A stretch of 64,000 nt of DNA from Nitrososphaeria archaeon (GTDB taxonomy: Archaea; Thermoproteota; Nitrososphaeria; Nitrososphaerales; JANXEG01). Under the pieces are notes generated by a model. That model ran no database searches. It was given only the letters and a program-made list of their open reading frames with translations, and was not told the origin of the DNA. Positions 1 to 9,177 of the stretch are shown here, one piece after another; the first letter of the stretch is position 1, and each line of letters starts with the position of its first letter. Both the position numbers and the translations under genes were made by a program. The stretch is taken from NCBI GenBank assembly GCA_029775915.1, contig JARVKA010000004.1:130906-194905 (forward strand). Direction: 5' to 3'.

Positions 1-520
1 ATTCGATATCATCCTTTATAGGCTCATAACCAGATTTTTCTAAAATTTCATTTATCACCTTTTTAACGATTTTATCAGGCATTACTGTATCGATACCACC
101 CATCATTCTCAAATATTGAAGAGTAATTAAACCAACACCTTTGATTTTACCAATTGGATCATTTTTCCAATTTTCAAGCTTTACACTTTTTGCCCAAGCT
201 CTAAGGGCTGATTTATCATCTTCACTTAAAGTTGATAAATAAGATGCGATCTTTTTTGCGATAAACCATGACCTTTTATTTCTCCATACTTTCATTAATT
301 CATTTATATCGGCTTTAGCAAGCTCTTTAAGGCTTTTAATCCTTCCACTCTCAATAAATTTTTTATTAAATTCCTCAACTTTTGGAACAACCGTTGTAAA
401 GTAGTTTAAACCTATCGATGTAAAGGCAGCATCAACGATCATTAAAACTACATTACCTCCCCATCTCTCTGTTTTAAGACATCTTTCACAATACTCTCTT
501 AAGCCTTGAACTTTTTGCAT
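1..520 (-). CDS. Hypothetical protein with a helix-hairpin-helix-like motif; partial, C-terminus lies beyond the window edge
   Basis: My own minus-strand translation is open from the ATG at 520 to position 1 (MQKVQGLREYCERCLKTERWGG...GKIKGVGLITLQYLRMMGGIDTVMPDKIV...). The GhG hairpin (KGVGLIT) suggests an HhH fold. I do not recognise the family, and the ORF track omits it because it is truncated. Confidence 0.45.
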   Translation of the reverse strand, partial: MQKVQGLREYCERCLKTERWGGNVVLMIVDAAFTSIGLNYFTTVVPKVEEFNKKFIESGRIKSLKELAKADINELMKVWRNKRSWFIAKKIASYLSTLSEDDKSALRAWAKSVKLENWKNDPIGKIKGVGLITLQYLRMMGGIDTVMPDKIVKKVINEILEKSGYEPIKDDIE

Positions 521-578
521 ATAATTATCAATCACTTTCTTAAGCAAGGGCTCATCAATCCTTTTATATTGAAATAAC

Positions 579-1958
579 TTAAGATTCTGAAGCTTTATTT
601 TTAATGTTATTTTGTAAATTCTTTATATTGTTAGCGATGATTTCCAAACTATCAACAATCCTTCCTATTTTTTCTCTCAAATCTTTATCTGAAATTAAGA
701 ATCTTCTTGGATAAGGTATTTCAATACCATTCGCATCAAACTCTTTTTTAATTTGATATAAAAGATCTCTAGCCATATTAAAAGCTGTAGGTTGATCTTT
801 TGCTCTTGAGATAAGTCTTAAATTAACCCCAGATTCTGCAAAACCCATAACCATAACTCTTGGTAAATTACCGATAGGTAAGCAATCTGGATGCTTTTTA
901 GCAATATCTAACATAATCTTCATCGCTTTATCCAAATCAGACTCATAACTTACTTGTACCTCAATAGGTATAAGCATGGTAGGATCGCCCATAGTGTAAT
1001 TCACAATAACCTCAGATTGAAAAACAGAGTTGGGGACTACAAGGCGTCTATTATCCCATGTACGAAGTACTGTGAACATAAGTCTAATATCCTCAACGAA
1101 GCAAAAATCATTTCTAAACAATACAGCCTCACCAATTTTAAATGGCTGAGCTATAGCGATTAATGTTCCAGATATTAAATTTGATAAACTCGATTGAGCT
1201 GCAAGGCCTACAACTATCGATGCAAAACCAGCAGCCATGAGTAATGATAGAACAACACCACCAGTCGCTGGGAATGCGGTTAAAATAATAGCTAAAAGAC
1301 CTATAATAGTTGCGATGATTAATATAAGCCTCCTTAAGAAGGTATATAAAGTGATTAATCTTGGCTCCTTAATTATTAAGCTATGTGTAAATCTAACTAA
1401 AAACATATTTAAGGCATAAATCACTAAGAATAGTATAGTAAGGCTAGCAAAGAATAATAACAATGAGAAAGCGAATTCTACACTAATTATTGGAATTATT
1501 GAAGAGGATAAAATTATATATAATGCAAAAAGAGTTGCAACAGCGTATATAAAGTAAATAATCGTTTTATGTAAAAGCTTTGTGAATTTCTCAACTTCAG
1601 GTCTTTGCTTTACAATTTTTTCAGTGTAAACTTTAAAAAGATTACCTACAATCGTTGCTACTAATCTACCGATTAAAGCGATAATCAATATCTCTGTAGT
1701 GAGTATTAAGTACTCTACATTTACCCAATAGGGGAGAAGGGTTGGAAACCTTGAGATCCAATAATTTATAGCTATAATCAAGCCTATTAGGATAACAATT
1801 GGTATTATTGTACTTTTCACAGTGGAGTTAATGAGTTTCCTTAATTTTTCATCCTTAAAAGCTTTATTTATAAACTTTTTCATTGTAAAGATTAAGCCAA
1901 TCACCATTAAGATTGAGATTATGATAATAATGAAAACGAATATTAAATCGATAAGCAT
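579..1958 (-). CDS. Small-conductance mechanosensitive channel (MscS family)
   Basis: N-terminal half has multiple TM helices. It is followed by an MscS-type pore/beta-domain pattern (GTLIAIAQPFKIGEAVLF...VEDIRLMFTVLRTWDNRRLVVPNSVF) and a soluble C-terminal domain. Confidence 0.8.
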   Translation of the reverse strand: MLIDLIFVFIIIIISILMVIGLIFTMKKFINKAFKDEKLRKLINSTVKSTIIPIVILIGLIIAINYWISRFPTLLPYWVNVEYLILTTEILIIALIGRLVATIVGNLFKVYTEKIVKQRPEVEKFTKLLHKTIIYFIYAVATLFALYIILSSSIIPIISVEFAFSLLLFFASLTILFLVIYALNMFLVRFTHSLIIKEPRLITLYTFLRRLILIIATIIGLLAIILTAFPATGGVVLSLLMAAGFASIVVGLAAQSSLSNLISGTLIAIAQPFKIGEAVLFRNDFCFVEDIRLMFTVLRTWDNRRLVVPNSVFQSEVIVNYTMGDPTMLIPIEVQVSYESDLDKAMKIMLDIAKKHPDCLPIGNLPRVMVMGFAESGVNLRLISRAKDQPTAFNMARDLLYQIKKEFDANGIEIPYPRRFLISDKDLREKIGRIVDSLEIIANNIKNLQNNIKNKASES

Positions 1959-2116
1959 CTTACCCTTTATTATCTATTTGGGTTAATTAAGTTTAGCTTT
2001 AAAGCAAATTTACTTATTCAATGTGCTATTGATAAATTACATTTAAAGTTTATCCCAAATTCTAATGTTCTAAACTATAGAGTTATTTATCTCTAAACCT
2101 TAATTAATAAGGGGTT

Positions 2117-2875
2117 ATGAAAAGCTCTTTAAAAGGCAAATGGTTATACATAATCTTAGCTTTAATCTCAATTTTATTAATCACTATGAGTATAATCACT
2201 TATTCTGCTATTCTCGCATTACCACAATCAAAATCCACAATTAATGAAGAGCATACTTTAATCACCTCTGGTACGGGCACAATAACTGTTAAACCAGATA
2301 GAGTTATTATCACAATGGGTTTGGATACCCAAGCACCTACCGCTCAAGAAGCTTTAAGGATGAATAGTGAAAAAATGAATAAAGTAATTATAACTTTAAA
2401 ACAATTAGGCATAGAAGATAGGGAGATGAAAACCTCATATTTAAGTCTTCAACCTCAATACATATACCCTCAAAATAAAGAACCGATATTGATTGGTTAT
2501 AAAGTATTCAACACTATCACAATTACCACTCAATCATTTGAGAAGATAGGAGTTATTATTGATCAAGCGGTTATGTCTGGTGTGAATAGAATCGATAATA
2601 TTTATTTCACAGTCTCGGATGAAAAACAAAAAGAGTTGAAAAATGAGGTGGTAATAAGAGCGGTTGAGGATGCTAAACGTAAAGCCGATAATGTAGCTAG
2701 TGTATTAAATATAAAGATTGTTGGTGTAAAAAGTATCATTATATCAGATATGAACTATCCTTTACCTCCAATAGTAATAAGGGATATTCAAACATCAACA
2801 ACACCCGTACCAACTATTCTCCCAGGTGAGACTCAAATTACTGCAACTGTTCAAGTTACTTACCTTATTAGTTAA
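2117..2875 (+). CDS. SIMPL / DUF541-family (BP26-like) protein with an N-terminal membrane anchor
   Basis: N-terminal TM segment. The TGTGTITVKPDRVIITMGLDTQAPTAQEA... pattern and ~250-aa length are typical of SIMPL-domain proteins. An AAGGGG purine tract lies just upstream of the ATG. Confidence 0.7.
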   Translation: MKSSLKGKWLYIILALISILLITMSIITYSAILALPQSKSTINEEHTLITSGTGTITVKPDRVIITMGLDTQAPTAQEALRMNSEKMNKVIITLKQLGIEDREMKTSYLSLQPQYIYPQNKEPILIGYKVFNTITITTQSFEKIGVIIDQAVMSGVNRIDNIYFTVSDEKQKELKNEVVIRAVEDAKRKADNVASVLNIKIVGVKSIIISDMNYPLPPIVIRDIQTSTTPVPTILPGETQITATVQVTYLIS

Positions 2876-2981
2876 AGTATTCTAAAGTGGATATAAAATA
2901 AATAGGGGTTGATTAAAGGTTATAATTTTATAAAAATTTCTTAACCAATAAGTTAAAAATTTCATAAGCTTGAAAAATCCA

Positions 2982-3629
2982 TCATGTAGATTCATTCTTA
3001 AACTCCATATCCAACAATTGAGTTATTCTTCTAGCTTTTACAAAGCCTAAACCTTCCACTCGCCTCAATTCAGCTTCTGATGCTTGAAAGATTCTTCTTA
3101 CACTCTTGAAATGCTTTAAAAGGCGTATTGAGAGTTCAGCACCCACACCTGGTAACCCTTCTACAATAAATCTTTGCATATCCCTTTCATTTAACAACTT
3201 TGGTTTATGCCTTATACAAGGTTTAGAAGATTCTTCTCTTTGCATTCTCCTTGCTAATGTGTATAATAAATCAGCACTTTGTCTCACATCCATCGTTATT
3301 AAAACGGGTATGCCCATATCCAATTGAATCTTTAATAAAGCTCCCCAAAATGCGTGAGGGTTTTTTCTACCATTCAACTCCCAAGCAAGATTGCCCTCTA
3401 ATAATAAAATTGGTTTTGTATAAGCATCCTTCAATCTATTCATTTGATCTAAAAGCCTACCTTGGAATAAAGATGTAAGAAAATCTTGGATAGTCTTTCT
3501 CTCCACAGCACATTCATTGGAGATTATGTAATCACCAGGTGTGATAACCCTTCTCTCAACTTCAAAGCCTAAAGCGGATAGTAAAACCATCATAACATCT
3601 GGCTCACGTGTATCAGCTATGATCTTCAT
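2982..3629 (-). CDS. xpf: Short-form XPF/ERCC4 structure-specific endonuclease (nuclease domain plus (HhH)2, no helicase domain)
   Basis: ERCC4 signature ADTRE...GDYII...VERKTIQDF, followed by tandem HhH (LPGVGAELSIRLLKHF...EGLGFVKARRI). The 215-aa form without a helicase domain is the crenarchaeal-type architecture. Confidence 0.85.
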   Translation of the reverse strand: MKIIADTREPDVMMVLLSALGFEVERRVITPGDYIISNECAVERKTIQDFLTSLFQGRLLDQMNRLKDAYTKPILLLEGNLAWELNGRKNPHAFWGALLKIQLDMGIPVLITMDVRQSADLLYTLARRMQREESSKPCIRHKPKLLNERDMQRFIVEGLPGVGAELSIRLLKHFKSVRRIFQASEAELRRVEGLGFVKARRITQLLDMEFKNEST

Positions 3630-3718
3630 ACCAACATAATCATATTTGCAAAAAGTAAAAATCTTTTATTGCATTAAAGGAAGGTTTAAAACTAACCTAT
3701 ACCAGTATTTAAAGGGTT

Positions 3719-3838
3719 ATGACGATCATACAATTTTTTGATTCTTTAAAGCCCTTAATGATTATCTTATTTGTAATTATATTGATAATCATCTTTTTAT
3801 ATGAGTATGAAGTTATGAAAAAGAAAGAGAGTTATTAA
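3719..3838 (+). CDS. Possible 39-aa single-pass membrane micro-protein just upstream of the helicase gene
   Basis: My own reading gives ATG at 3719 and TAA at 3836-3838 (MTIIQFFDSLKPLMIILFVIILIIIFLYEYEVMKKKESY). It has a hydrophobic core and a basic tail, and ends 8 nt before the Lhr start. There is no homology evidence, and AT-rich DNA yields such ORFs by chance. Confidence 0.2.
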   Translation: MTIIQFFDSLKPLMIILFVIILIIIFLYEYEVMKKKESY

Positions 3839-3845
3839 AGAAGTT

Positions 3846-6587
3846 ATGGTTGGAATTATCGATTTAGAAGAGAATTTTTTAAAAAGGATGAAGGAAATTG
3901 GTTGGAGCGAACTTACTGATATTCAACGTAAAGCATACCCTATAATTTTAAGAAAAAGGAGTGCTTTGCTTGTAGCACCAACTGGTTCTGGGAAAACTGA
4001 AGCTGCTGTAATACCTATCTTTACTATACTCTCCACTGAGGAGCGAAAAGGGATAAGGATGCTATATATTACACCATTAAGAGCATTAAATCGTGACATT
4101 TTTCGGAGAATTATAAATTATGCTGAAAGCGTTGGTTTAAGTGTAGAGGTAAGGCATAGTGACACACCTCGATCTGTAAGAGAGAGAATGGTAATTAAAC
4201 CGCCTAATGTATTAATCACTACACCAGAAACTTTAGCGATTCTTCTTGTGAGTAAAAAAATGAGTTTGAATTTAAAAAATTTAGAATGGGTTGTGATTGA
4301 TGAACTCCATGAATTAATCGGTAATGAAAGAGGAGCACACTTATCCATTAGTTTAGAAAGATTAGCAAGTTTAATAGGAAGAGATTTTGTAAGAATAGGG
4401 CTTTCAGCCACGATAGGTGATTTGAATGAGGCTAAGAGATTCTTAGTAGGTGTTGGTAGAGAGTGTGCAATTATCATCGATAAAACGGTTAGAGAGTATG
4501 ATATTGATTGTAAATTAATTGAAAACTCATTTGTGAACGCAGCTAATCACATTTTAGATTATGTGAATGAAATTGGTGGTAAAGGTAAGAATATTCTTGT
4601 GTTTACAAATACGAGAGACGAAGCAGAGTATTTAGGCGCAATGTTAAAAACACAATTTAGTGATGTGTTAATAGAGGTTCATCATGGCTCTTTATCGAGA
4701 GAGATTCGTGAGGATACTGAAGTTAAGTTAAGAATGGGAGAAGCTGGAATTGTGATTTCTACATCCTCACTTGAATTGGGAATAGATATTGGATCGATAT
4801 TCTTAGTGATACAATGGGGTTCACCTAGACAAGCTATTAAATTGATCCAAAGAGTTGGTAGAAGTAGGCATAAAATTGGTGAGAAAGCTGTAGGCTTGAT
4901 TATAACAGATCGATTGGATGATGAGTTAGAGAGTTGGGTATTAATCGATCGAGTGAGAAAAATGTTGTTAGAAAGGATTGTGATGCATGAAAACTCATTA
5001 GATGTTTTAATTCATCATCTTGCTGGTCTCAGTTTAGAGCGTGGAACATTTAATTTAGAAGATGCCCTTTCAATAATTAAAAGAGCTTATCCATTCAGAA
5101 ATATTGATATAAAAGATGTGGATGCTTCTCTTCAACTCTTAAATAAACAAGGCATTATTAGATATGATGGTAAAATTGTAAAGAGAAGAGTTAAGACATA
5201 CCAATATTATTATGATAACATTTCAACAATTCCCGATATACAACAATTCGATGTGTTTGATATATCATCAAAGAGGATTATTGGCAAATTGGATGGAATG
5301 TTTATAGGTGAATATCTTGAGCCAGATAAACTATTTGTATTGAAAGGTAGCTCATGGAGAACTATCTCCATAAATGATAATAAAATGGTAGTGAATGTTG
5401 AGCCTATTTTCCAAGAAGTTGCAATTATACCCCATTGGATGGGAGAGATGATCCCTGTTGATTTTAATACAGCGATTGAGGTTGGTAAGTTAAGAAAAAG
5501 AATTATTAATGGTAAGGAGTATCGTGTAAGTGAGAGAGTAAAAGAATTTTTAATGAATACAAGGGAGCATTTGGGCATTATACCTGATGATCAAAATATT
5601 GTCATAGAGAAGAAAAAGGATGGGAATATTGTAGTTATACATGCATGTTTTGGATCGAAAGTGAATCAAACTTTAGCTACTTTACTCTCTGTATTATTAT
5701 CATCCAAAAGCAGTTATATTGTGGAAGCAAAGAGTGATCCTTATAGAATTGCTCTTTCATCTTATGGTACTTTAAGTGAATATCACATAGAGGAAGTATT
5801 GAAAGGAACATTCGATTTAAATGAATTAATCTCAGCAGGTGTATGGGGGACTCATCCATTTAATTGGAGAGTTTGGCATATAGCTAAAAGGTTTGGTGTT
5901 ATTAATAAAGAAGCTCAATATGATCGTAAAGTATTGAAATCGATTCAAGATAAATATAAAGATACTCCGCTTTGCCGTGAGGCTTTGAGAGAGTTACTTT
6001 TAGATAAATATGATTTAGCAAAAACACAAGAAATTCTTTCAGCAATAAAAGAGGGAAAGATAAAAATCATTTTAAAAGAAGTTAATGAATTTTCACCTTT
6101 AGCTAAACCGATTTTAGAGCAAATAGCTAGTTTCATAAATATACCAACAGATACGGAGAAAGAGAAAATGATATTAGATTTGGTGAAGAAGAGATTGTAT
6201 GCTTCCAAGCATAAATTAGTTTGTCTTTCCTGTGGTAAATGGCAAAGTGTAGTAAAGGTTGAAGATGTGAAAGATAATATAACTTGTCCTTTATGCCATT
6301 CACATTTAATTACAGCCACTTATGTATCTGATGATGAAATAATCAAGATATTAAAGAAAAGGAATAAATCATTAGATGATGAGAAAAAGTTAAGAAAGTA
6401 TTGGAAAGTATCATCTTTAATTCAAAATTTTGGTAAAAGAGCTTTATTAACATTAGCTGGTTTCGGGATTGGGGCTGATACTGCTGCTCGCATTTTGAGG
6501 AATTATATAAGCGATGAAGAGTTGCTGAAGAGTATTTATAGAGCAGAGAAGTTGTATGTAGCAACGAGAGGTTTCTGGAATGAATAA
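3846..6587 (+). CDS. lhr: Lhr-family (COG1201) superfamily-2 DNA helicase with a C-terminal Zn-ribbon region
   Basis: SF2 motifs are present: motif I APTGSGKTEAA, motif II VIDELHEL, motif VI QRVGRSRH. It has the long Lhr-type C-terminal extension and a CxxC...CxxC pair (CLSCGKW...CPLCHS). Length is 913 aa. Confidence 0.85.
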   Translation: MVGIIDLEENFLKRMKEIGWSELTDIQRKAYPIILRKRSALLVAPTGSGKTEAAVIPIFTILSTEERKGIRMLYITPLRALNRDIFRRIINYAESVGLSVEVRHSDTPRSVRERMVIKPPNVLITTPETLAILLVSKKMSLNLKNLEWVVIDELHELIGNERGAHLSISLERLASLIGRDFVRIGLSATIGDLNEAKRFLVGVGRECAIIIDKTVREYDIDCKLIENSFVNAANHILDYVNEIGGKGKNILVFTNTRDEAEYLGAMLKTQFSDVLIEVHHGSLSREIREDTEVKLRMGEAGIVISTSSLELGIDIGSIFLVIQWGSPRQAIKLIQRVGRSRHKIGEKAVGLIITDRLDDELESWVLIDRVRKMLLERIVMHENSLDVLIHHLAGLSLERGTFNLEDALSIIKRAYPFRNIDIKDVDASLQLLNKQGIIRYDGKIVKRRVKTYQYYYDNISTIPDIQQFDVFDISSKRIIGKLDGMFIGEYLEPDKLFVLKGSSWRTISINDNKMVVNVEPIFQEVAIIPHWMGEMIPVDFNTAIEVGKLRKRIINGKEYRVSERVKEFLMNTREHLGIIPDDQNIVIEKKKDGNIVVIHACFGSKVNQTLATLLSVLLSSKSSYIVEAKSDPYRIALSSYGTLSEYHIEEVLKGTFDLNELISAGVWGTHPFNWRVWHIAKRFGVINKEAQYDRKVLKSIQDKYKDTPLCREALRELLLDKYDLAKTQEILSAIKEGKIKIILKEVNEFSPLAKPILEQIASFINIPTDTEKEKMILDLVKKRLYASKHKLVCLSCGKWQSVVKVEDVKDNITCPLCHSHLITATYVSDDEIIKILKKRNKSLDDEKKLRKYWKVSSLIQNFGKRALLTLAGFGIGADTAARILRNYISDEELLKSIYRAEKLYVATRGFWNE

Positions 6588-6789
6588 TTAGCTTTAAATT
6601 CAAAGCATGAAAAGAGAGGAATTTGAATTTAAAGCTTTTAATTTCTTCCTATACAAGGCCATATAAATGTTGCGTACGCACTTCCAATCCTACTATAGTT
6701 CGATTCAAACTATTACCATCTAAGATTAAAATGCAAAAGAAATGTGAAAGAATGGCAATATGGTAATTATTGATCAATTTCAAAAATTA

Positions 6790-7176
6790 TTAAAACGCTA
6801 CTTTAAAGAGTAACCATTGATTACCTTTCATTCTTATCAATCTATAAGAGCCACTCAACCTTTTCCCCTTTAAATTAAATTTTATCATATTCTCATTTCT
6901 CTCTATTAATTCATACTCTCCATTATCCCAAATTTCAACAATTCCAGCCCCATACTCACCCTCAGGTATTACACCTTCAAAATTTATGTAATCGATTGGA
7001 TGATCTTCAACTTCTATTGCTAATCTTTTAACATTTGGTATTGATGGCGGCTCTTTTGGTACAGCCCAACTCTTTAAAACACCATCCATCTCCAATCGAA
7101 AGTCCCAATGTAAGTGCCTCGCTTGATGTTTATGAATAACAAATCTCAATACAATCACCTTAACATGAGATTTCAA
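6790..7176 (-). CDS. Stand-alone LigD-type DNA 3'-phosphoesterase (PE) domain protein
   Basis: FVIHKHQARHLHWDFRLE...WAVPKEPP...VEDHPIDY matches the His-rich PE-domain signature of bacterial LigD and its archaeal stand-alone homologs. Only 128 aa, with no ligase or polymerase domain. Confidence 0.75.
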   Translation of the reverse strand: MKSHVKVIVLRFVIHKHQARHLHWDFRLEMDGVLKSWAVPKEPPSIPNVKRLAIEVEDHPIDYINFEGVIPEGEYGAGIVEIWDNGEYELIERNENMIKFNLKGKRLSGSYRLIRMKGNQWLLFKVAF

Positions 7177-7267
7177 ACGTATTAATAAAATTATCTAAAA
7201 AGTTAGTGTTACTGTAAAAAATTTAGTAATAAATTTTAAACCCTTTACGAGTTAAGGGTGTGGGATT

Positions 7268-8791
7268 ATGGAAGCTCGTGGAGTTGAAGAATTGAGAACT
7301 TACGAAGAGATTAATAAAAAGATTAAGAGTGGTGACGCAATAGTAATGACAGCTACAGAGTTTATTGAGTATGTTGGAAGGTATGGATTGGAAAAAGCGA
7401 GTAAAGATGTTGATGTAGTAACTACGGGTACTTTTGGTGCTATGTGTAGCTCTGGTGCTTTTCTCAATTTTGGCCATTCTGATCCTCCAATTAAAATGAT
7501 TCGATGTTGGTTGAATGATGTACCAGCTTATGCAGGTTTGGCTGCTGTAGATTGCTATATTGGTGCCTCATCTATGAGTGAGACCAAGCCTTTTGAGTAT
7601 GGTGGTGGCCATGTGATTGAGGATTTAGTATCTGGAAAAGAGGTTGAGTTGAGAGCTGAAGGTCGTGTAACTGATTGTTACCCTAGAGAATCAATTGAAA
7701 CGACTGTAACATTAGATGATATAAATCAAGCTATACTTGTGAATCCTAGAAATGCTTATCAAAGATACAATGCAGCTATAAATAGCTCAAATCGCACACT
7801 TTACACATATCTTGGAATTTTACTACCCAATTATGGCAATATACATTATTGTGGCGCTGGTGAGTTAAGCCCATTGTATAAAGATAAAGATTTTGAGACG
7901 ATAGGAATTGGTACTCGCATTTTTCTTGGTGGAGGGATTGGTTATGTGATTGGTGAAGGTACTCAACACAATCCTCAAAATCAAATGGGTACAATCTCTG
8001 TATGCGGTAATCTTAAGCAAATGAGTGGTGAATATTTGAAAGGTGCAGTTTTTTATCGTTATGGCACAACATTGTATGTGGGTATAGGGATTCCTATACC
8101 TATTATTAATAAAAGAGTTGCAGTATCAGCAGCTTTAAAGGATAGTGAGATCTTCACGAATGTAATCGATTTTGGTGTACCATCTCGAAATAGGCCAATT
8201 GTAAAAAAAGTATCTTATGCTGAGTTGAAATCAGGTAAAGTTGAGATAAATGGTATGGAAGTTAAAGCTTCACCACTCTCAAGCTTTAAATATGCTGCTA
8301 ACATTGCTGAGACTCTTAAAAAATGGATAGAGAAGGGTGAATTCTTACTCTCAAGACCTGTAGAGTTAATTCCAAATTATCGTGAATTCAAACCATTAAT
8401 AATTAAAAGGAGAGAGCTTATTGTTAAAGATGTTATGACAAAAGAGATTATAATTGGTAAGCTAACTGATAGTATAAAAGATGTGGCTAAAAAACTTACT
8501 GAGAGAGGCATAGATCATTTACCAATTGTAGATAGTGAGAATAAATTAATCGGTATAGTAACATCTTGGGATTTGGCAAAAGCTATTGCTCAAGATAAAA
8601 AAGAATTAGTAGATATTATGACAAAAAGGGTAATTACAGCAAAAGAGAATGATTTAATAGATACTGTAGTTAAAAGAATGGAAGAGTATAAAATCTCAGG
8701 CGTTCCAATTATTAATGATTCAAATCATGTAATCGGTATTTTAACTACAGATGATATCTCTAGAAAGTTGGTAAGGAGGCGTTTATTATGA
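7268..8791 (+). CDS. Homocysteine-biosynthesis sulfur-incorporation enzyme (COG1900/DUF39 domain) fused to a CBS-domain pair
   Basis: At 507 aa it has the same length and architecture as the M. jannaschii MJ0100 / M. acetivorans MA1821 class. The C-terminus has two CBS repeats (VKDVMTKEIII...HLPIVD; IMTKRVITA...GVPIIN). GGTG lies upstream of the ATG. Confidence 0.8.
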   Translation: MEARGVEELRTYEEINKKIKSGDAIVMTATEFIEYVGRYGLEKASKDVDVVTTGTFGAMCSSGAFLNFGHSDPPIKMIRCWLNDVPAYAGLAAVDCYIGASSMSETKPFEYGGGHVIEDLVSGKEVELRAEGRVTDCYPRESIETTVTLDDINQAILVNPRNAYQRYNAAINSSNRTLYTYLGILLPNYGNIHYCGAGELSPLYKDKDFETIGIGTRIFLGGGIGYVIGEGTQHNPQNQMGTISVCGNLKQMSGEYLKGAVFYRYGTTLYVGIGIPIPIINKRVAVSAALKDSEIFTNVIDFGVPSRNRPIVKKVSYAELKSGKVEINGMEVKASPLSSFKYAANIAETLKKWIEKGEFLLSRPVELIPNYREFKPLIIKRRELIVKDVMTKEIIIGKLTDSIKDVAKKLTERGIDHLPIVDSENKLIGIVTSWDLAKAIAQDKKELVDIMTKRVITAKENDLIDTVVKRMEEYKISGVPIINDSNHVIGILTTDDISRKLVRRRLL

Positions 8792-9177
8792 AGTTAAAGC
8801 TTATATATTCACATGAGAATGTTAAAAGACCGATTCTAGCTGAAATTATACTCAAAACAAATCTTTTAATAAATATCATTGAAGCTCAAGTTACTGCAAA
8901 TATTGGAGAAATGATAATCGATATACCTAGTGAAGGTGAGCGATTGAAAGAAGTGATAAATTATTTGAGAAGTAAAGGGGTTATTGTGAAAGAGGTAATT
9001 AAAACGATTGAAATTGATTATGAAAAATGCATAGGTTGTGGTGCATGTGTATCATCATGCCCTGCGAATGCGATTAAGCAAAATTCAAATTGGAATATAG
9101 AATTTATTGAGGAGAAATGCATAGGTTGTAAAATATGTGTTTATGCTTGCCCAATTAAAGTAATAAAAGCAGTTTAG
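8788..9177 (+). CDS. NIL domain plus 2x[4Fe-4S] ferredoxin protein (MA1822/MJ0099 class)
   Basis: N-terminal NIL-like domain, then two CxxCxxCxxxCP motifs (CIGCGACVSSCP, CIGCKICVYACP). Its start overlaps the upstream stop by 4 nt (ATGA). Confidence 0.75.
   Translation: MKLKLIYSHENVKRPILAEIILKTNLLINIIEAQVTANIGEMIIDIPSEGERLKEVINYLRSKGVIVKEVIKTIEIDYEKCIGCGACVSSCPANAIKQNSNWNIEFIEEKCIGCKICVYACPIKVIKAV

Noticed and set aside
7223-7477. An 84-aa minus-strand ORF overlapping the start of the COG1900 gene.
   Set aside because: It overlaps a well-supported gene on the opposite strand and covers its promoter. Its composition is low-complexity and it shows no motifs.
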